NCBI RefSeq assembly: GCF_036321535.1
Contig: NC_087447.1
Span: 35,776,001 to 35,840,000, forward strand
Source of the DNA: Camelus dromedarius
Taxonomy: Eukaryota
Direction: 5' to 3'
DNA: 64,000 nt
Under the pieces are notes generated by a model, which made no database searches, was not told the DNA's origin, and saw only the letters and a program-made list of their open reading frames with translations. The position numbers were made by a program, and so were the translations under genes. Shown piece by piece: positions 25,706 through 38,440 of this stretch (its first letter is position 1; each line of letters opens with the position of its first letter).

Positions 25706-27213
25706 CTGGAAGAGAAGCTGGGATGAGCCTGGATGCTCAGCAAGATGCTTGGAACACCTCAGCCTAGGATGGGGTCCTGGCAGCAGAGGTGGCCAGAGAG
25801 ACCTGGGGACCCAGCATCTGGGGGATGCAGCACAGATGGGGCTCTGATGCCTTCTCAGCCCTGGCTGTCCTGAGGCCTCCCTTGGATTCCCAGATGCACA
25901 TCACAGCGGGCGAGAGGGGTGTGTGCTGTCACACAACAGGACAACCGCTACCAGGGCCAATTATTGGATGTGTCCTTTCCACCAGGTGCTGTTCCAGGCC
26001 CTTCACATGCATTTTCTTATTTAATCCTATAACAACTCTGTGAGGTATTATTACCCCCTGTTTTCCCATATAATGGAAAAAAGCCACTTCTGCTTTCCAA
26101 AGGCATGATAAGGTGAGAGGAAGTGCCCCCAGAAGGACCAGGAGAGGAACCAGAAAGAAGACAGCCATGCAGTGAGGCAGGGTGGCCAGGGGACTTTCAA
26201 CAACAGGGAAGTCAACTTCCCATTACCTGTGTTTCTGTGACATAAGCCCACTCTCTCTCCCCGAACCTTCAGTCAAGCCGGCCATGTACACTTATACCAT
26301 GTCAGTACACTTTTTTAGGGAAATCAATAAAAGGGGGCTGAGTTCCACACCCTCCCTGTGATTGAACAGAGAGAAAGGAATAACCACAGGGGATGAAATG
26401 AAAGTCCCAAAGAGCAGAAACCTGAAGCCAGACACAACAAAAAGAAAAGCACTTTCAGGAATATACATGAAACGTGGGGAGAACACAGGGATCTAAGTCA
26501 CATACAAAAGAGGAAGTGAAGGCTCAGAGAGATGAAGCGAGTAACCCATGGCTGCACAGGAAGTGAGTGCTGGGCAGATTTGAACCCAGGGCTGCCTGAC
26601 TCTGGAGGCCTGCTCTGTGTCACCTGCCATATGATTATTTCCGATCCCTTCTGTGCCAATCACCATACTTAGCGGCATCCCCTACCCCAGGAGGCCCTCC
26701 CTGAAGGCTCCAGCCCCCTGCTCTACGACCTCTAAGCCCCTCACAGGCTGATCCACCACATGCCACCCTGACCCCTCTTCTCTATTGCCTGTGAGGGCCT
26801 CAAAGGCCCAGCTTGTCCTCCTCTTTGCTGTGACCCCACATCCAGCACTGGGCTGGGTAGAGAGTCAACCTCGGTAGACACGTGATGGCTCATATCGAAA
26901 ATACCCAAGACCCAGGCGAGGTCAAGGGACTGTCCAGATAACCAGCTGGTTACCCCTGAGGGAGACAGAGTCTCAGCATCTCCTTGAGAAGCAGGAGGGG
27001 CAGCCACTAGAGTGGGGCTGAGGTTGGGAGAGGGTTTCAGGATGCCACATCCCAGCTGGAGCCTCTCCCAAGAGGGCAAGAAATACAGAGGGCTCAGTGT
27101 GGAACAAGACCCAGGGCGGCCTTGCCCTGTCTTGGTCTGTCCTTGAGCTCCCCACTCTCCTCTCCATAACCCCACTACCATGAAGGAGCCCCCACCCTCC
27201 CAGTCACCCTTAC

Positions 27214-27257
27214 CTGGGGCTCTGCTGTCACAGCTCATGACTCCATCTTTGCAATGG
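27214..27257 (-). CDS. OTOG: OTOG exon 22 (CHCKDGVMSCDSRAP)
   Basis: Acceptor ctgcag, donor gtaagg; 44 nt. Confidence 0.94.
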
Positions 27258-27503
27258 CTGCAGAGAGAAAGACAGAGAGAGATACTGGGGTCAGCTGACC
27301 CAGTTACTGCAGGGCCTGGAGACCCCGAGTCACTGCACTCAGGGCCCTGTGGGGCTCAGACATCCCCACTTCTGTCCCTGGCTCCCTGCACAGAGGGGAA
27401 GGGTGGGTGTCACTTCATGGAACGTTCTGCCCAGCTGCGCTTTCTTTAGTCAGCAACTTCCATTTAGAGAGGGGATAACAACACTGCTGTCTAGAGAGCT
27501 CAC

Positions 27504-27578
27504 CAGTGGCCCAGAGACAGAATGTCGCTGTCTCCAGGGGGATAGTCCATTCCTTGAAAGTGGCAGGAGCACTGGTTC
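27504..27578 (-). CDS. OTOG: OTOG exon 21 ([24 protein letters not shown])
   Basis: Acceptor tttatag, donor gtgagc; 75 nt. Confidence 0.94.
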
Positions 27579-28872
27579 CTATAAAACCCAGAAATAGAGA
27601 CAGGTGAGCCGACTCAGGAGCTGGGGCAGGACCAAGGATGGGGACCCCACCCCGACAAGCCGGGGCATTCACACCCAGCGTCCGTTCTGATGGCTCAGTG
27701 CCTATGCCACATGGGTTTTTACATATTTTGAACACCACCCAGGCCCTCCAAATACATCATCTTTCTATTCCCTGCAGAGACCCTGTAAAATGGGGATTCT
27801 TGTGTTATCCTCTCTGTAGGTTACGTGAGGGCAAAGACTTATTTCCTCCTCACATTCCACCCACAGCACCTGCCGGTAACGACCAAGTGCAGGCCTTGGA
27901 GCAGAGCAGTCAAGGCTGGAGAGGATGTCTGAACACATCCAACCCCAGTGCTTCTCAACTACCTTCTCCCTAACGTCTCCTCACCTCATATAGCCTCAGA
28001 GGCTCCCTTTGTTGGCAATATTCAACCTCAAAGGGTGGGGATGGGGCACACATGGATCTCAGAGGAGTTCGTAGTTTGAAAAGGCCTCCCCCTATAGGTG
28101 TTTCTCTCCAGCCCCCCATCATCCATTTTACAGATGGAGAAACAGGCCTAGGGGGACCAAGGGCCTTGCCAGTCAGCCCTGGGATCTCGTGGGATCACCA
28201 CCTCCCCCTCCCCCTCTGCCCTGAGCCACACTGAGAACACCCACAGCCTCTCAGGCCCTTCCCCTTGTCCCTTCTGCCTGGAGCACTCTTCCCTTGCTTC
28301 CCCCAGGTCTCTGCTCAAATATCACCTCATCAGAAAGGCCTTCCTTCCCTTCTTACCTTACGTGATACAACAGTAACCCCTCCCCGCCCCAGGACTCCCT
28401 GTTCTCACTCTGCACTGTTTGGCTTTATACCTCTTGTTACCATCAGACCCGTTAAGTGTCTGTTTGCTTATTATCTGTCTCACCACCCAGAATGTGAGCT
28501 CCGTGAGGGCAGGATCCTGTTTTGTTCATTGCTGAATTCCCAGGGCCTAGAAATGTCTGGAACATGCTAGGTCAACAAAGATTTGTGGAAGGAGAGGGGA
28601 AATGAAGGCAGCGATCCTCTTGGCTCTGTGGGGTTGTCCTGTCTTGTGGGGAAGCCGGGCTGGAGTGAAGAGCAGGAGCTGAGGATAGGGGCCTGGGAGG
28701 TGCATCCATAGGAGGGAGCCCACCCCCCGGCCCATCCTCCCCTCTAAGGTCTGCCCTGCATCTGTGAGATGAAGTCAGGACACGAGAGGCCCAGTCAGCA
28801 CCCCAGGTTCGGATGATCTGGAGACCCCAGCCTCGTCCCCACCTGACACAGAGGTCAAGACAACCCACTCAC

Positions 28873-29065
28873 CTGGGGACACAGAGGTCAGCCTGCGTGT
28901 CCAGATAGGTGTCTGGTGGGCAGGCACAGCCCTCCACACACTCGCCCCCACTGAGGTCACCATCACCATCAACCTCACAGGCCTCGGGGCCAGCCAGGTC
29001 CTGGCAGGTCTGTCCACACTGGGCGACACAGGGGCTGTACTCCTTGGTGGCCTCACAGGACAGTG
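28873..29065 (-). CDS. OTOG: OTOG exon 20, TIL ([24 protein letters not shown]...[10 protein letters not shown])
   Basis: Acceptor ctacag, donor gtgagt; 193 nt. Confidence 0.95.
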
Positions 29066-29577
29066 CTGTAGTGGGGAGTGTAACCGTGCTTTGTCTACCT
29101 CACACCCACAACTGTGTGGGGTGGGGCTGTTATTCTAATTAGAAGAAGAGAGAACCAGAGAAGTTAAAACATTTGCCCAAGGTCACACAGCAGGTCAAGG
29201 TCAGAGCTAGGATTTGAAACCAGTTTGATTTGAACCATTTTGAGTCCCACTGCCTCCCACTACACCAAGATGGCAGAATGGTTGGTAGAGGCCCCACCTC
29301 TCAAGTTCAGCCTGGACCCTGCCACTGGTATTTCCCTTTCTCTGCAAAGCATTCTTCTTAGTGATATTGGAGGAAGAGTGGAGGTCACTGCCCCCTGACA
29401 GCCCTGCACACATCCTGTCACTCACACATAGTTGTGAAGATTAACTGTGCTCCCTCTAACAGCCTCTGGGCAGGGCCTTTGTCCCGAGATTCCCTTTGCT
29501 CATCCGGCCACCATCCCACTCTTCTGTGGTCTCCCGCACCCCATCAGAGCCAGTAGAGCCACTGAGACTGCCAAGCT

Positions 29578-29790
29578 CAGCTGTTCTCACCCAGACTGCA
29601 CGTCTAAGCCACCTGGGGAGCTTTTACAAATGCTGATGCCTGGACCCTCTCTCAGATTGTTTTGATACTGGATATGACCCAGACACAGGCATTTTAAAAG
29701 TTCCCATGCTGGGAGGGAGGATATAGCTCGGTGGTAGAGTGCATGCTTAGCATGCATGAGGTCCTAGGTTCAATCCCCAGGATCATCATC

Positions 29791-29868
<78 letters not shown>

Positions 29869-29976
29869 AATGTGATTCCTTCCCCTCCTCCCAAAACAAC
29901 AGCAGCAACAATAACAACAACAACAAAGATTGCTGAAAAGGCAATTCTAACACGCAGCCATGGTTAAGAACCACTG
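29578..29976. mobile_element. MER5-like hAT element interrupted by a SINE
   Basis: cagctgttctca...acctggggagcttttacaaatgctgatgcctgg on the left; attctaacacgcagccatggttaagaaccactg on the right. Confidence 0.65.
29711..29927 (+). mobile_element. tRNA-Ala(AGC)-derived SINE (vic-1-like, camelid) with internal A/(TA)n expansion
   Basis: Box A tagctcggtgg, anticodon arm gcatgcttagcatgc, box B ggttcaatccc, then poly-A, (TA)n, a C-rich segment and an (AAC)-rich tail. Confidence 0.85.
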
Positions 29977-30674
29977 GTCCTGTCCAATCACCTCTGGAGA
30001 ATCTTTGGCTCAGAGAGGGGCAGGGTCTTGCCAGGGACACATGGCACATTACCTGCAGGGCTAGTAAAACTCAGGCCTCCTGAGGTTTTCCATTTATTCA
30101 ACAAATATTTGCTAAAAGGTTTTTGAGCATGGGGTCCTGTGTTGGGACTGGGGACACAGAGGTGACTAAGACATGCAGAGGGGTGTAGCCTAGGGTGGGG
30201 ACGGGGGTGGGTAAGGGTCAGCTCATGCCCACTGAGTCACGTGTGCACTCAAACCTGAGGGCCACGGAGCCAGTGATCTTTAGAAAGCTCACTCTGCCTG
30301 CAGCAAGAAGAGGCTGGAGGGGTGCCTGTGAGGTAGCTCTGCCTAGGGTGGTGGCAATGGAGGTGGTGAGAACTGGCTGAATTTGGTTTGATTGGACTGA
30401 TAGGATTTGGAGGCGGACTGGAGGTGAGGGGAAGAGAGAAGCAGTCATGTGTCACATGCCCCAGGTGTCAGGCCTGGGTGGTGACCCAGGGGACGGGGGT
30501 CCTCGGCAGAGATGGAGAGCACAGGAGGAGAAGTAGTTTGCGAGGCAGGGGTGTCAGGCTGGAGGAGACTGTGGGACATCCAGGGGGGAGCTTAGTGGGG
30601 ACAAGCAGACACTCAGAGAGGGAGCTCCAGCTCCTCTAGCCGCCCTCACAAGCACACAAGCGTGGGGCACTCAC

Positions 30675-30887
30675 CACAGGCTGGCAGGCGGGCGCGGAAG
30701 TCGACTGGGAGCCCATGGCGCCGGCACAGGCGCGCGTAGTGGGCCAGCGTGGCACACAGGCAAGGCTGCCCACAGCGGCAGGCGTCCCGGCGGCACTGCT
30801 CAAAGTAGGGCATGGGGCTCAAGTACTCGGAGCAGGGCATAAATATCTCCCCCATGAGCACACTGCAGGACTGCAGGGCATAGGAGG
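30675..30887 (-). CDS. OTOG: OTOG exon 19, C8 ([14 protein letters not shown]...[11 protein letters not shown])
   Basis: Acceptor ccccag, donor gtgagt; 213 nt. Confidence 0.96.
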
Positions 30888-30992
30888 CTGGGGACAGGAA
30901 GAACAGGGCGAGGGTCAGGGGTCTGGTTTGCCTGGTGCCCCAGGCTCCATCCTCTCCTTCCCTCCCCACAGCTCGGGGGACTCTGTACACAG

Positions 30993-30994
<2 letters not shown>

Positions 30995-31026
<32 letters not shown>
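30995..31026. repeat. (GT)n microsatellite
   Basis: Direct reading. Confidence 0.95.
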
Positions 31027-31028
<2 letters not shown>

Positions 31029-31069
31029 TGCGATGCATTCCTCATGCCGGGTATGAATCCATATGATGG

Positions 31070-31570
31070 AAGGAGGTACAGGAGTGAATAAACAGACAAA
31101 ACTCCCCGCCCTCCTGCAGCAGACATTCTGGTTGGAGGAGACCATCACTAAACAACTTATACAGTAAATCAGAAGGTGAAGAATCCAAGGAGAGAGAGAA
31201 TGGTAGGAAGGAGAATGGGGATTTCAAGGTGGGATGGGAGGGGCAATTGCAATTTTAAATCCAGTGGCCAGGAAGGCCTCAGTGGGAAGATAATGTTTGA
31301 ACAAAAACTTGAAAGAGGCAAGGGAGTGAGGCATGTGTTTATGAGGGAAGAGCGTTCCAGACAAAAGGAACAGCAAGTGCAAAGACCTGGGAGAGGAGAC
31401 AGACCTGGCTGTAGGAAGAAAGCAAGGAGGCCGATGTGGCTGGAGCTGGCGGGATAGTGGGGAGTGTGAAAGGAGGAGGTGAGATAAAGGGGATGGGAGG
31501 AGAGTGTAGGGCCTGGCGGAGACACTGTGGCGACTTGGACTTTTGCCCTGAGATGGGGGAGCCAGTACAA
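31070..31570 (-). mobile_element. L2 fragment
   Basis: gtgaataaacagacaaaactccccgccctc and ggaacagcaagtgcaaagacctgg are typical antisense L2 3' segments. Confidence 0.65.
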
Positions 31571-31803
31571 ATGTGTGTACATGACAGTGGTAGAACAGGA
31601 AGTTCCCTTCTCCCTAACTCTCACCTCACCGGAAAGGAAGCCCCATTCCCTTCCTGCAGCTCCTCCTTTCCTGATCACTCTTCCTTTTCTGATCACTCCT
31701 ACCCAATTTGGTCAACATCCTCATGCCCAGAGTTCCCATCTCATCTCTCTCAAACCAGTCCTACCGCTTCCCACTCCCCTCTCCCCCTCCCCCAGCACCT
31801 CAC

Positions 31804-31928
31804 CGGCTTGCAGGTGCACATCGCAGGGGTCCAGCGGGGAGCCAGAGACCAGCGGGAAGCAGGCAGACAGTGTTTTCCAAGAATTGCCAAAGAGTTGTGG
31901 GGTGCTCTCAGGCACACCCACCGGGGAC
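31804..31928 (-). CDS. OTOG: OTOG exon 18 ([41 protein letters not shown])
   Basis: Acceptor ctgcag, donor gtgagg; 125 nt. Confidence 0.95.
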
Positions 31929-33271
31929 CTGCAGACATGGTATAGCCACAGTCACACACTTGCCCACGTGCACCCAAGTGAACACACAGCATACACCCAG
32001 GTAAGTATCCACCCGCTCGTGTACACACACACACACAGACCAAACATGAGAACCCACACTAAGAGGCACACGTGTCCCTACACAAATGTATAACATTTAT
32101 AGGCCCACATGTACTATCCACTCACACACGCACACACTCGCAGAGTACAAATATATGCCAGACATACAAACAGCCAAGGGAATCTACACAGACACATTCA
32201 AACACATATAATTATGAATGTGCCTGCATATACACACACACATCACATTTAACAGGCTCCAAATGGGCTTGGGACCACACATTGCCCCACTGTCACCACC
32301 CACCCCCAGCTCTTCATGTCAGAAAAAGAGAAACAGGGACACCATGAACCAAACTTCATTGTGTTAAGACTTCCTCCCTTCTCCACAGGCAGTTTCCCCA
32401 AACTCCTTCGCCCTCCCTCTCTCTCCAGGTAGGAAATAGGCACATGAGGGGCAATAAAAGGAGGAAGAGGAGAAGCTTGTTTCCTAGACAGCACTAGTCT
32501 CCAAGGGTCACCAAATCAGGTGTAGATGGGAGAATGGAGAGAGATCAGAGGATCCATGAGTGTAGGTGCTGCCTGGCGCTCACCACATGCATATCATTGC
32601 TCCAGAGCAGTGAGAATACTCAAGTTACACAGAGTAGTACTGCCACCCAGAGTTCATAGTTAGGAGAATGACAAGCAGCCCACACACTAAACAAGGTCTG
32701 CTCCCATCATTCTGACCAGCTGCCCAAACATTAGCTCCATCAGGCAAGGCAGAGTGGATGTTACATTTTTAAATGTACATGCATTGAAAAGCTCTCAGGC
32801 TTTTCTTGTTTTTGCTTTTCTAAACAAATTTGAATTCTTATTTATGACTTAAGAAAGCCTCTCACGTTTCCTTCTAAATCACCCAACACATATAACTTGA
32901 AGGACAGGCCAGAACCTCCAGCCATCAAGATCAAACCCTTTGTACTCCTTTGTAGAAGGTCTGACTCTTGTTCCCTCCCAAGTTCAGAAACTATCCCCAT
33001 GCCCAGATGGTCTCTTTCCCAACTCTCTCTCAGTCCACAGGAAACAGCCCTCTCCAGGATATTGGGAGGCTCACAGGTTGCAAATCTCAAGCTCTAGGCA
33101 GGAAAGGTATGTGGCTTAAACTGGCCTGGTGGGATAGAAAGCAGTTTGGGCATCACTGGTTCACTGGGGCTTACACTCATCTAAAAGTGTTCATCATCGA
33201 TGAAAACAAAACTGTGAGCCAAATCCAATTCAGCCTGAGGTCCAACAATTTTAAGACCTCACTGTAAAACA

Positions 33272-33451
33272 ATTATTTCTCAAAGTATGGTCTCTAGACC
33301 TTACAGACTAGAATCACGGTGGTGCTTGTTAAAAGTTAAGATTCGCCGGGCGCCACTATAAATAGGATACTTTAGGAATGGAACTCAAGAACCAGCATTT
33401 TAACAAGCCCCCTGGGTGATTTTTTGGTACAGGAAAGACTGTGAACCGCTG
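33272..33451. mobile_element. MER5A-like hAT element
   Basis: tttctcaaagtatggtc...gcattttaacaagccccctgggtgat...gaaccgctg. Confidence 0.6.
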
Positions 33452-33621
33452 CCTTAAAGAAACACACTTAAATGCAAATGTAGAGGACTAAATAGTCAAT
33501 GGTGCATGTTGGGCACCCCCGGGAGTTTGGGAGAAAGGTATCTAGGTACCGCCTCTGCACCCTCAGTCACAAGGGCCGCCCCGCGCCCCCCTCCTTCCGG
33601 TTCCGGGCCAGAGGCACGTAC

Positions 33622-33799
33622 AGGAAGTCGTCCTGCGTGTTGCCGTTGAAGGTGCCGCAGAGGCCCACGGTGTCCTCCACCCATCGCTGGTCCACCTGCA
33701 GGTAGAGCCGCAGTCCTTCGCGGTCGTAGAGCACCCGCACACCGACGTTGGTCCTCACGCGCAGGAACACAGAAGACAGCCTCCGGATCTCAAAGGCGT
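33622..33799 (-). CDS. OTOG: OTOG exon 17 ([20 protein letters not shown]...[16 protein letters not shown])
   Basis: Acceptor gcccag, donor gtacgt; 178 nt. Confidence 0.96.
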
Positions 33800-34682
33800 C
33801 TGGGCACAGACCCAGAGTGGGATGTGGGAAGTTCAGACAACACGCACCCCATCCACCGCCACCACCTGCGTGGCCCCACGCCGACCCCCATTCCCAGCCC
33901 AGTCTTCACACACAGGGAAGCTCTGCCATGGGGTTGGTTTGGGGAGACTTGAGGAAATCCTGTCCAATAATGAAATCAGCACCCAAGGATAACCTACCAT
34001 GGGAGCTCCGCCTGAGAAATTTATTTTAACATCAAGTGCCAATCAAAGCTTTGCCTCTCTAAGGAACTGGTTTGTTTCCTTCTCTAGCAAAGGATAATTC
34101 GGTAACTACCCATTCTTTTCACGATGGCCACTAGGAAGCTCAAGATACGATTTTAGATTCAGTTGTAGCAAGATTACATTTTAGATTCAACTGCAGTGAA
34201 TTTTACACTCTTGTGGCTTACACTTCTTTGACCTCTATACCCCTTGCATCCCTACTCCTCTCAATCTTGAGCACCTTTTTTTCCCTTAATTTTCTCTGGT
34301 GCTATTTTATTTCTTAATAGTTTTGCCATTTTCATTAGATGTGCTTCCTACAAGCTACCACAAATCCCTTGTAGAATCAGACAGGATAATAAATACTTCA
34401 TAAACGGTGATAGTAGGCATGGAAAACAGCTCCACTCATATCCTAATGTTAGGAGTAGCTATCATACTGCTGTGAAGCCTACAGTCATGTTAGGGTGGAA
34501 ACAAAATACATTTTACAACCCCAGAGTCCATATTCCTGGGACCATAGTGTCCTCCCTGGCCTGATTCATCCAGTACTAGAATGTGAGCTCTTGCCCGTGT
34601 GGCAGTGCCTTTGGACAGAAGAGCCTGGAAGAAGAGCCTGAGTCACCAGCTTTCAGCTAGCTCTTGTCCCCCAGAGTCATAC

Positions 34683-34815
34683 CGTCTGTGTAGGGTGGGG
34701 TGACCTTGTACTGGTCAAACAGAAGGACATCACCCGCTTGGGTCAGGGTCACCTGCCTCCGGGGGTCCTGATGTAAAATCACTGACACTGACTGGACACA
34801 GACTCCATCCTGGTT
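34683..34815 (-). CDS. OTOG: OTOG exon 16 ([44 protein letters not shown])
   Basis: Acceptor ttctag, donor gtatga; 133 nt; read directly from the sequence, not present in the ORF track. Confidence 0.95.
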
Positions 34816-36465
34816 CTAGAAAGAGAGAGGAAAGCCAAAGGGTTAGGGTTAGTCTGTCTTTCCTGCTGGTCCCAACAGAACCCTCCAAAGGCAGGGATTT
34901 CAGCATAGTTTGAGGCCAAGGGAAGGTTCTTCACAGTGACAGAGGCTCAAAGGACATTAGGGGTCCTCTAACCAAATTCTTTCATCTGGGGAATAGGAAG
35001 GCAGAGGCACAGACTGGAGGAGGTTGGTGGCAGAAATTGGATAGTACAAATAAAACTGATAATCAACTCTCAGGCTTTGACACAGAGCAGAGATGGACCC
35101 CAGATGGCTCAGAGTTTAGCCTCAGAAACACTGGCCTCCCCACTTGACTGTAATCCAGGACTTTAATTTTCATCTTTTTATGGGTGTTTGTGTAGCTCTT
35201 TCCATGTGTCACATCCTACAGAGAATCAAGCTCCACTCATTAGAAGGCAGAAAATGAGCTAATATTCTCTGGGCCTCAGGTTCTCATCTCTGAAATGGGT
35301 GGTACACATTGGGCCCATTCATACCTCCCTTTCACAGGAAGACAGTCACACAACCACGCAGTGATGAACGTGACAGATATCATCCCTGCCCTCATGAAGA
35401 ATACGTATTCATGTGGGATACAGACATTAAATAAGTAAACAAAGTTGGTTAATTATTGTGATCAATGCTGAAAACAGGCGTAGGGTGCCAGGAAAGCATA
35501 TAGTGAGGGAACAAGACTTAGTCTGCTGAGATAGGAAAGGCCGTCCTAGGGACTAATAATAATGATGTAAAAATAATCATAATAATAAAATGCTTAGTAA
35601 TACTACATTATTATAATAACAGCTAACTTTAATACGAAGTTATAGTCAGGCACTGTTCTAATTTTTTTTAATATATTTACTCAATCATTATAGCAATCCT
35701 ATTCAGTAAATACTACTAACAACCCCATTTTGCAGATCAGAAAACTGAGGCATAGGGAAAAAGTGCCATTTGAGCTGAGATCAGAAGGATGCATAGAAGC
35801 TAGCTGGGCAACAGAAGGGAAGGAAGGAGACATCCAGGCAGAGGGAACAGCCTGCAGAAAATCCTTGACACAGGACGGCTTCTAATGTATTCAAGGATGT
35901 AAAAGAAGACTAGAGGGGCCTGAGCCCACTGGGCAAAGTGGTTTAAGATAATGTTCAAGATGTAGGCAGGGGCCAGCTTAGGTAGAGTTTTATAACATTT
36001 TTGGATTTTATCCTAAATCCAAAGACAGCCAGAGGAAGTGTAACAGGAAAGTGATACAATCAAGTGCTGAAATGAAATGATCAGACCATGAAATGTTTCA
36101 GAAAGACATTGTGCAAAAAGTTACCACCTTCCTTCCAAGTTCCTGCCTAAGGGGACAGAAAATCCCTAAAACAGCTCAGAATCATCATGCCTAAAACATC
36201 ATCTTCTTTGCCAAACCCACTCATCATCTGATCCCCTCTGGATATGTTACTGGTGCAGGAAGAAAGCCTGCACCCTTAAGTCAAAGCCTTAGGTTCAAGT
36301 CCTTAGGTTCAAGTCCTGATGTCACTGAAAGCCATGAGACTCTAAAAAACTCAACTTCTACAAACCTCAGTTCTCTCCTCTGCAAAACAGAGATGCAACA
36401 ACATGTGGTTGGTCCTACCTGATTGGATTCATATAAGAAAATGTGCTGGAAATACTTTGGGGTTG

Positions 36466-38145
36466 CATTTGTCAAAGCCCACAGAACTTTACAGCATAAA
36501 GAGTGAACTCTACTGTGAGTAATTTTTTAAAATTATGCAGGTGGTCAGGGGATCCCAGGATGAAATGCAGTCCATGACAAAAGAATCTAACTATATTACA
36601 AATATATGAAACAATCTCACTGAAGAGGGTACATGGAAAGGTGTTGACCTACGTAACTTTGGAAATAAGTGGAGTTTGTAAGACCAAGAACAAAACGAAT
36701 TGTGCATAAGCACTAGTTGATACTCTAGTTGATAAAGTTATATCCCATGGAGATACCAGATAATAACCTTTATATTCTTCTACATGTATACTGGGATTGA
36801 ACAATTAGGTAAATGAATGGGTAAATAGTGGAAGCCAGGTTTCTCACTGTTGGAGTGGGTGTTTACAGAGAAGCAAGGAGTGAGGCTAGAATGATCCATG
36901 CAGTAATGGATTAGAGCTGGAACATCAGTATGAACTCATGATTAGCACATATAAATACAAATGGTTATTTATAGAACTGTTTATAGATATGTGTATATAT
37001 GTTGGTTAGACAAGGAAATGCAAGGGTTATACAAATATTTCCTTTCTCTGTCAGCTGAAATGGCCTAAAATAAATGATATCTGAGTAGCAATGAGCACAC
37101 CTAGTGCCCAGATCTTGATTTCTGATACCATTCTCTAATAAAAGGAATCAAAAAAGGCCTGGTAATATTTTTGCAGAAATGGCTGATTCGAGGACTGGGA
37201 CCAGAAATACTACAAGATACTGGTACATCTTGTATGGCCAGAAAGTAAGGAATTATGTGCACACTCGCACGCGTGCATGCGCGCACACACACACACACAG
37301 AGACAGAAGTGTGTCAAAGGGACACAGGAGCCAACTGAAATACTGCCTAATGGCCAAAGCTAAAACAATTTGAGTAACGAAATTAAAAAGTATTTAATTA
37401 TAACCCAAATTATAAAATAAACACCCATGAGTGCATGCTGATGTAAATGATTGAATAAATATATCGGGGAGAAAAACAAGTCTGCAGAAAAATTCCAAAT
37501 AATTTACGTAAATTCTCTGCCTTCAAGGAGGGGAGCATAACCACCAACTCTTTAACTGTGAGCTGAACATAGCGTCTTTCTTTCAAAGAGAATAGCATAG
37601 AAAGGGGGAAAGAAGAATAACTTTTTGTGGCAAGCACTATCTCAGCTTGATGATCAAGGTCAACATCAACCGTGGTAGGCCATGTTGATAGTGTATGCCC
37701 ATGGTAAGATGCGATGAAAATGACACTCTACTTCTGATCTTCCTCCCCAAACCCACAATCCCACTCTGACCATGAGAAAAACATCATACACATTCTAAAA
37801 GAGGAGTATTCTACAAAATAAGTGACCAGTATTCCTAAAAACTTTTCAAGGTCATCAAAAATGAAGTCTGAGAAACTGTAACAGCTAAGAAGATTCTAAG
37901 GAGACACGGTGATTAAATGTAATGCAGTACCCTAGAATAGAAAAGTGACATTAGGTGAAAAAACTAAGGAAATCTGAATATGGTATGGCTTCAGTTACTG
38001 ATAATGTATCCATATTGGTTCACTATTTGTAACTAATATAAGATGTTAATAATAGGGGAAACTGGGTGTAGGGTATATGGGAACTCTATCTTCACATTTT
38101 TCTGTAAATCTAAAGCTGTTCTAAAATTTTTAATTCTACTTTAAA
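36466..38145 (+). mobile_element. L1MC/L1MD-type 3' UTR fragment
   Basis: gcatttgtcaaagcccacagaac start; aataggggaaactgggtg...ttctgtaaatctaaagctgttctaaaa end typical of L1MC/MD. Confidence 0.75.
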
Positions 38146-38325
38146 ACATGTTGAAGGCTTGTAAATACTAAGCTGATTCTGGGGTGGGTATGTTAAGAGG
38201 CTGTGACAGGCTTCCCGGACAACATCCAACCTTGGTCAAACCCAGCACCTCCTCCTGCTGGCTGTGGGGTGTCAGGAATCCCCCAAACCTCTGTAAGCCT
38301 GTCTCATCGTATTTAAACTAGGGAG

Positions 38326-38440
38326 AATAATAATAATGAAGAATAAAGAATGATAATAAATAATTAAATTAATAATAAATTAATTTAAATTTAATTAATT
38401 TAATTAATAAATTAAATTAAATAATAAATTAATAATAAAG
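38326..38440. repeat. AT-rich low-complexity tract within a MIR
   Basis: About 85 bp with only A/T (38353-38439), built of taat/aatt units. Confidence 0.85.

Noticed and set aside
29716..29790. tRNA-Ala(AGC) gene
   Set aside because: Acceptor stem does not pair, the copy is followed by a SINE tail and it sits inside a MER5; it is a SINE head.
29694..30049. ORFs with poly-K, poly-F and IY repeats
   Set aside because: Translation of the poly-A/(TA)n tract.
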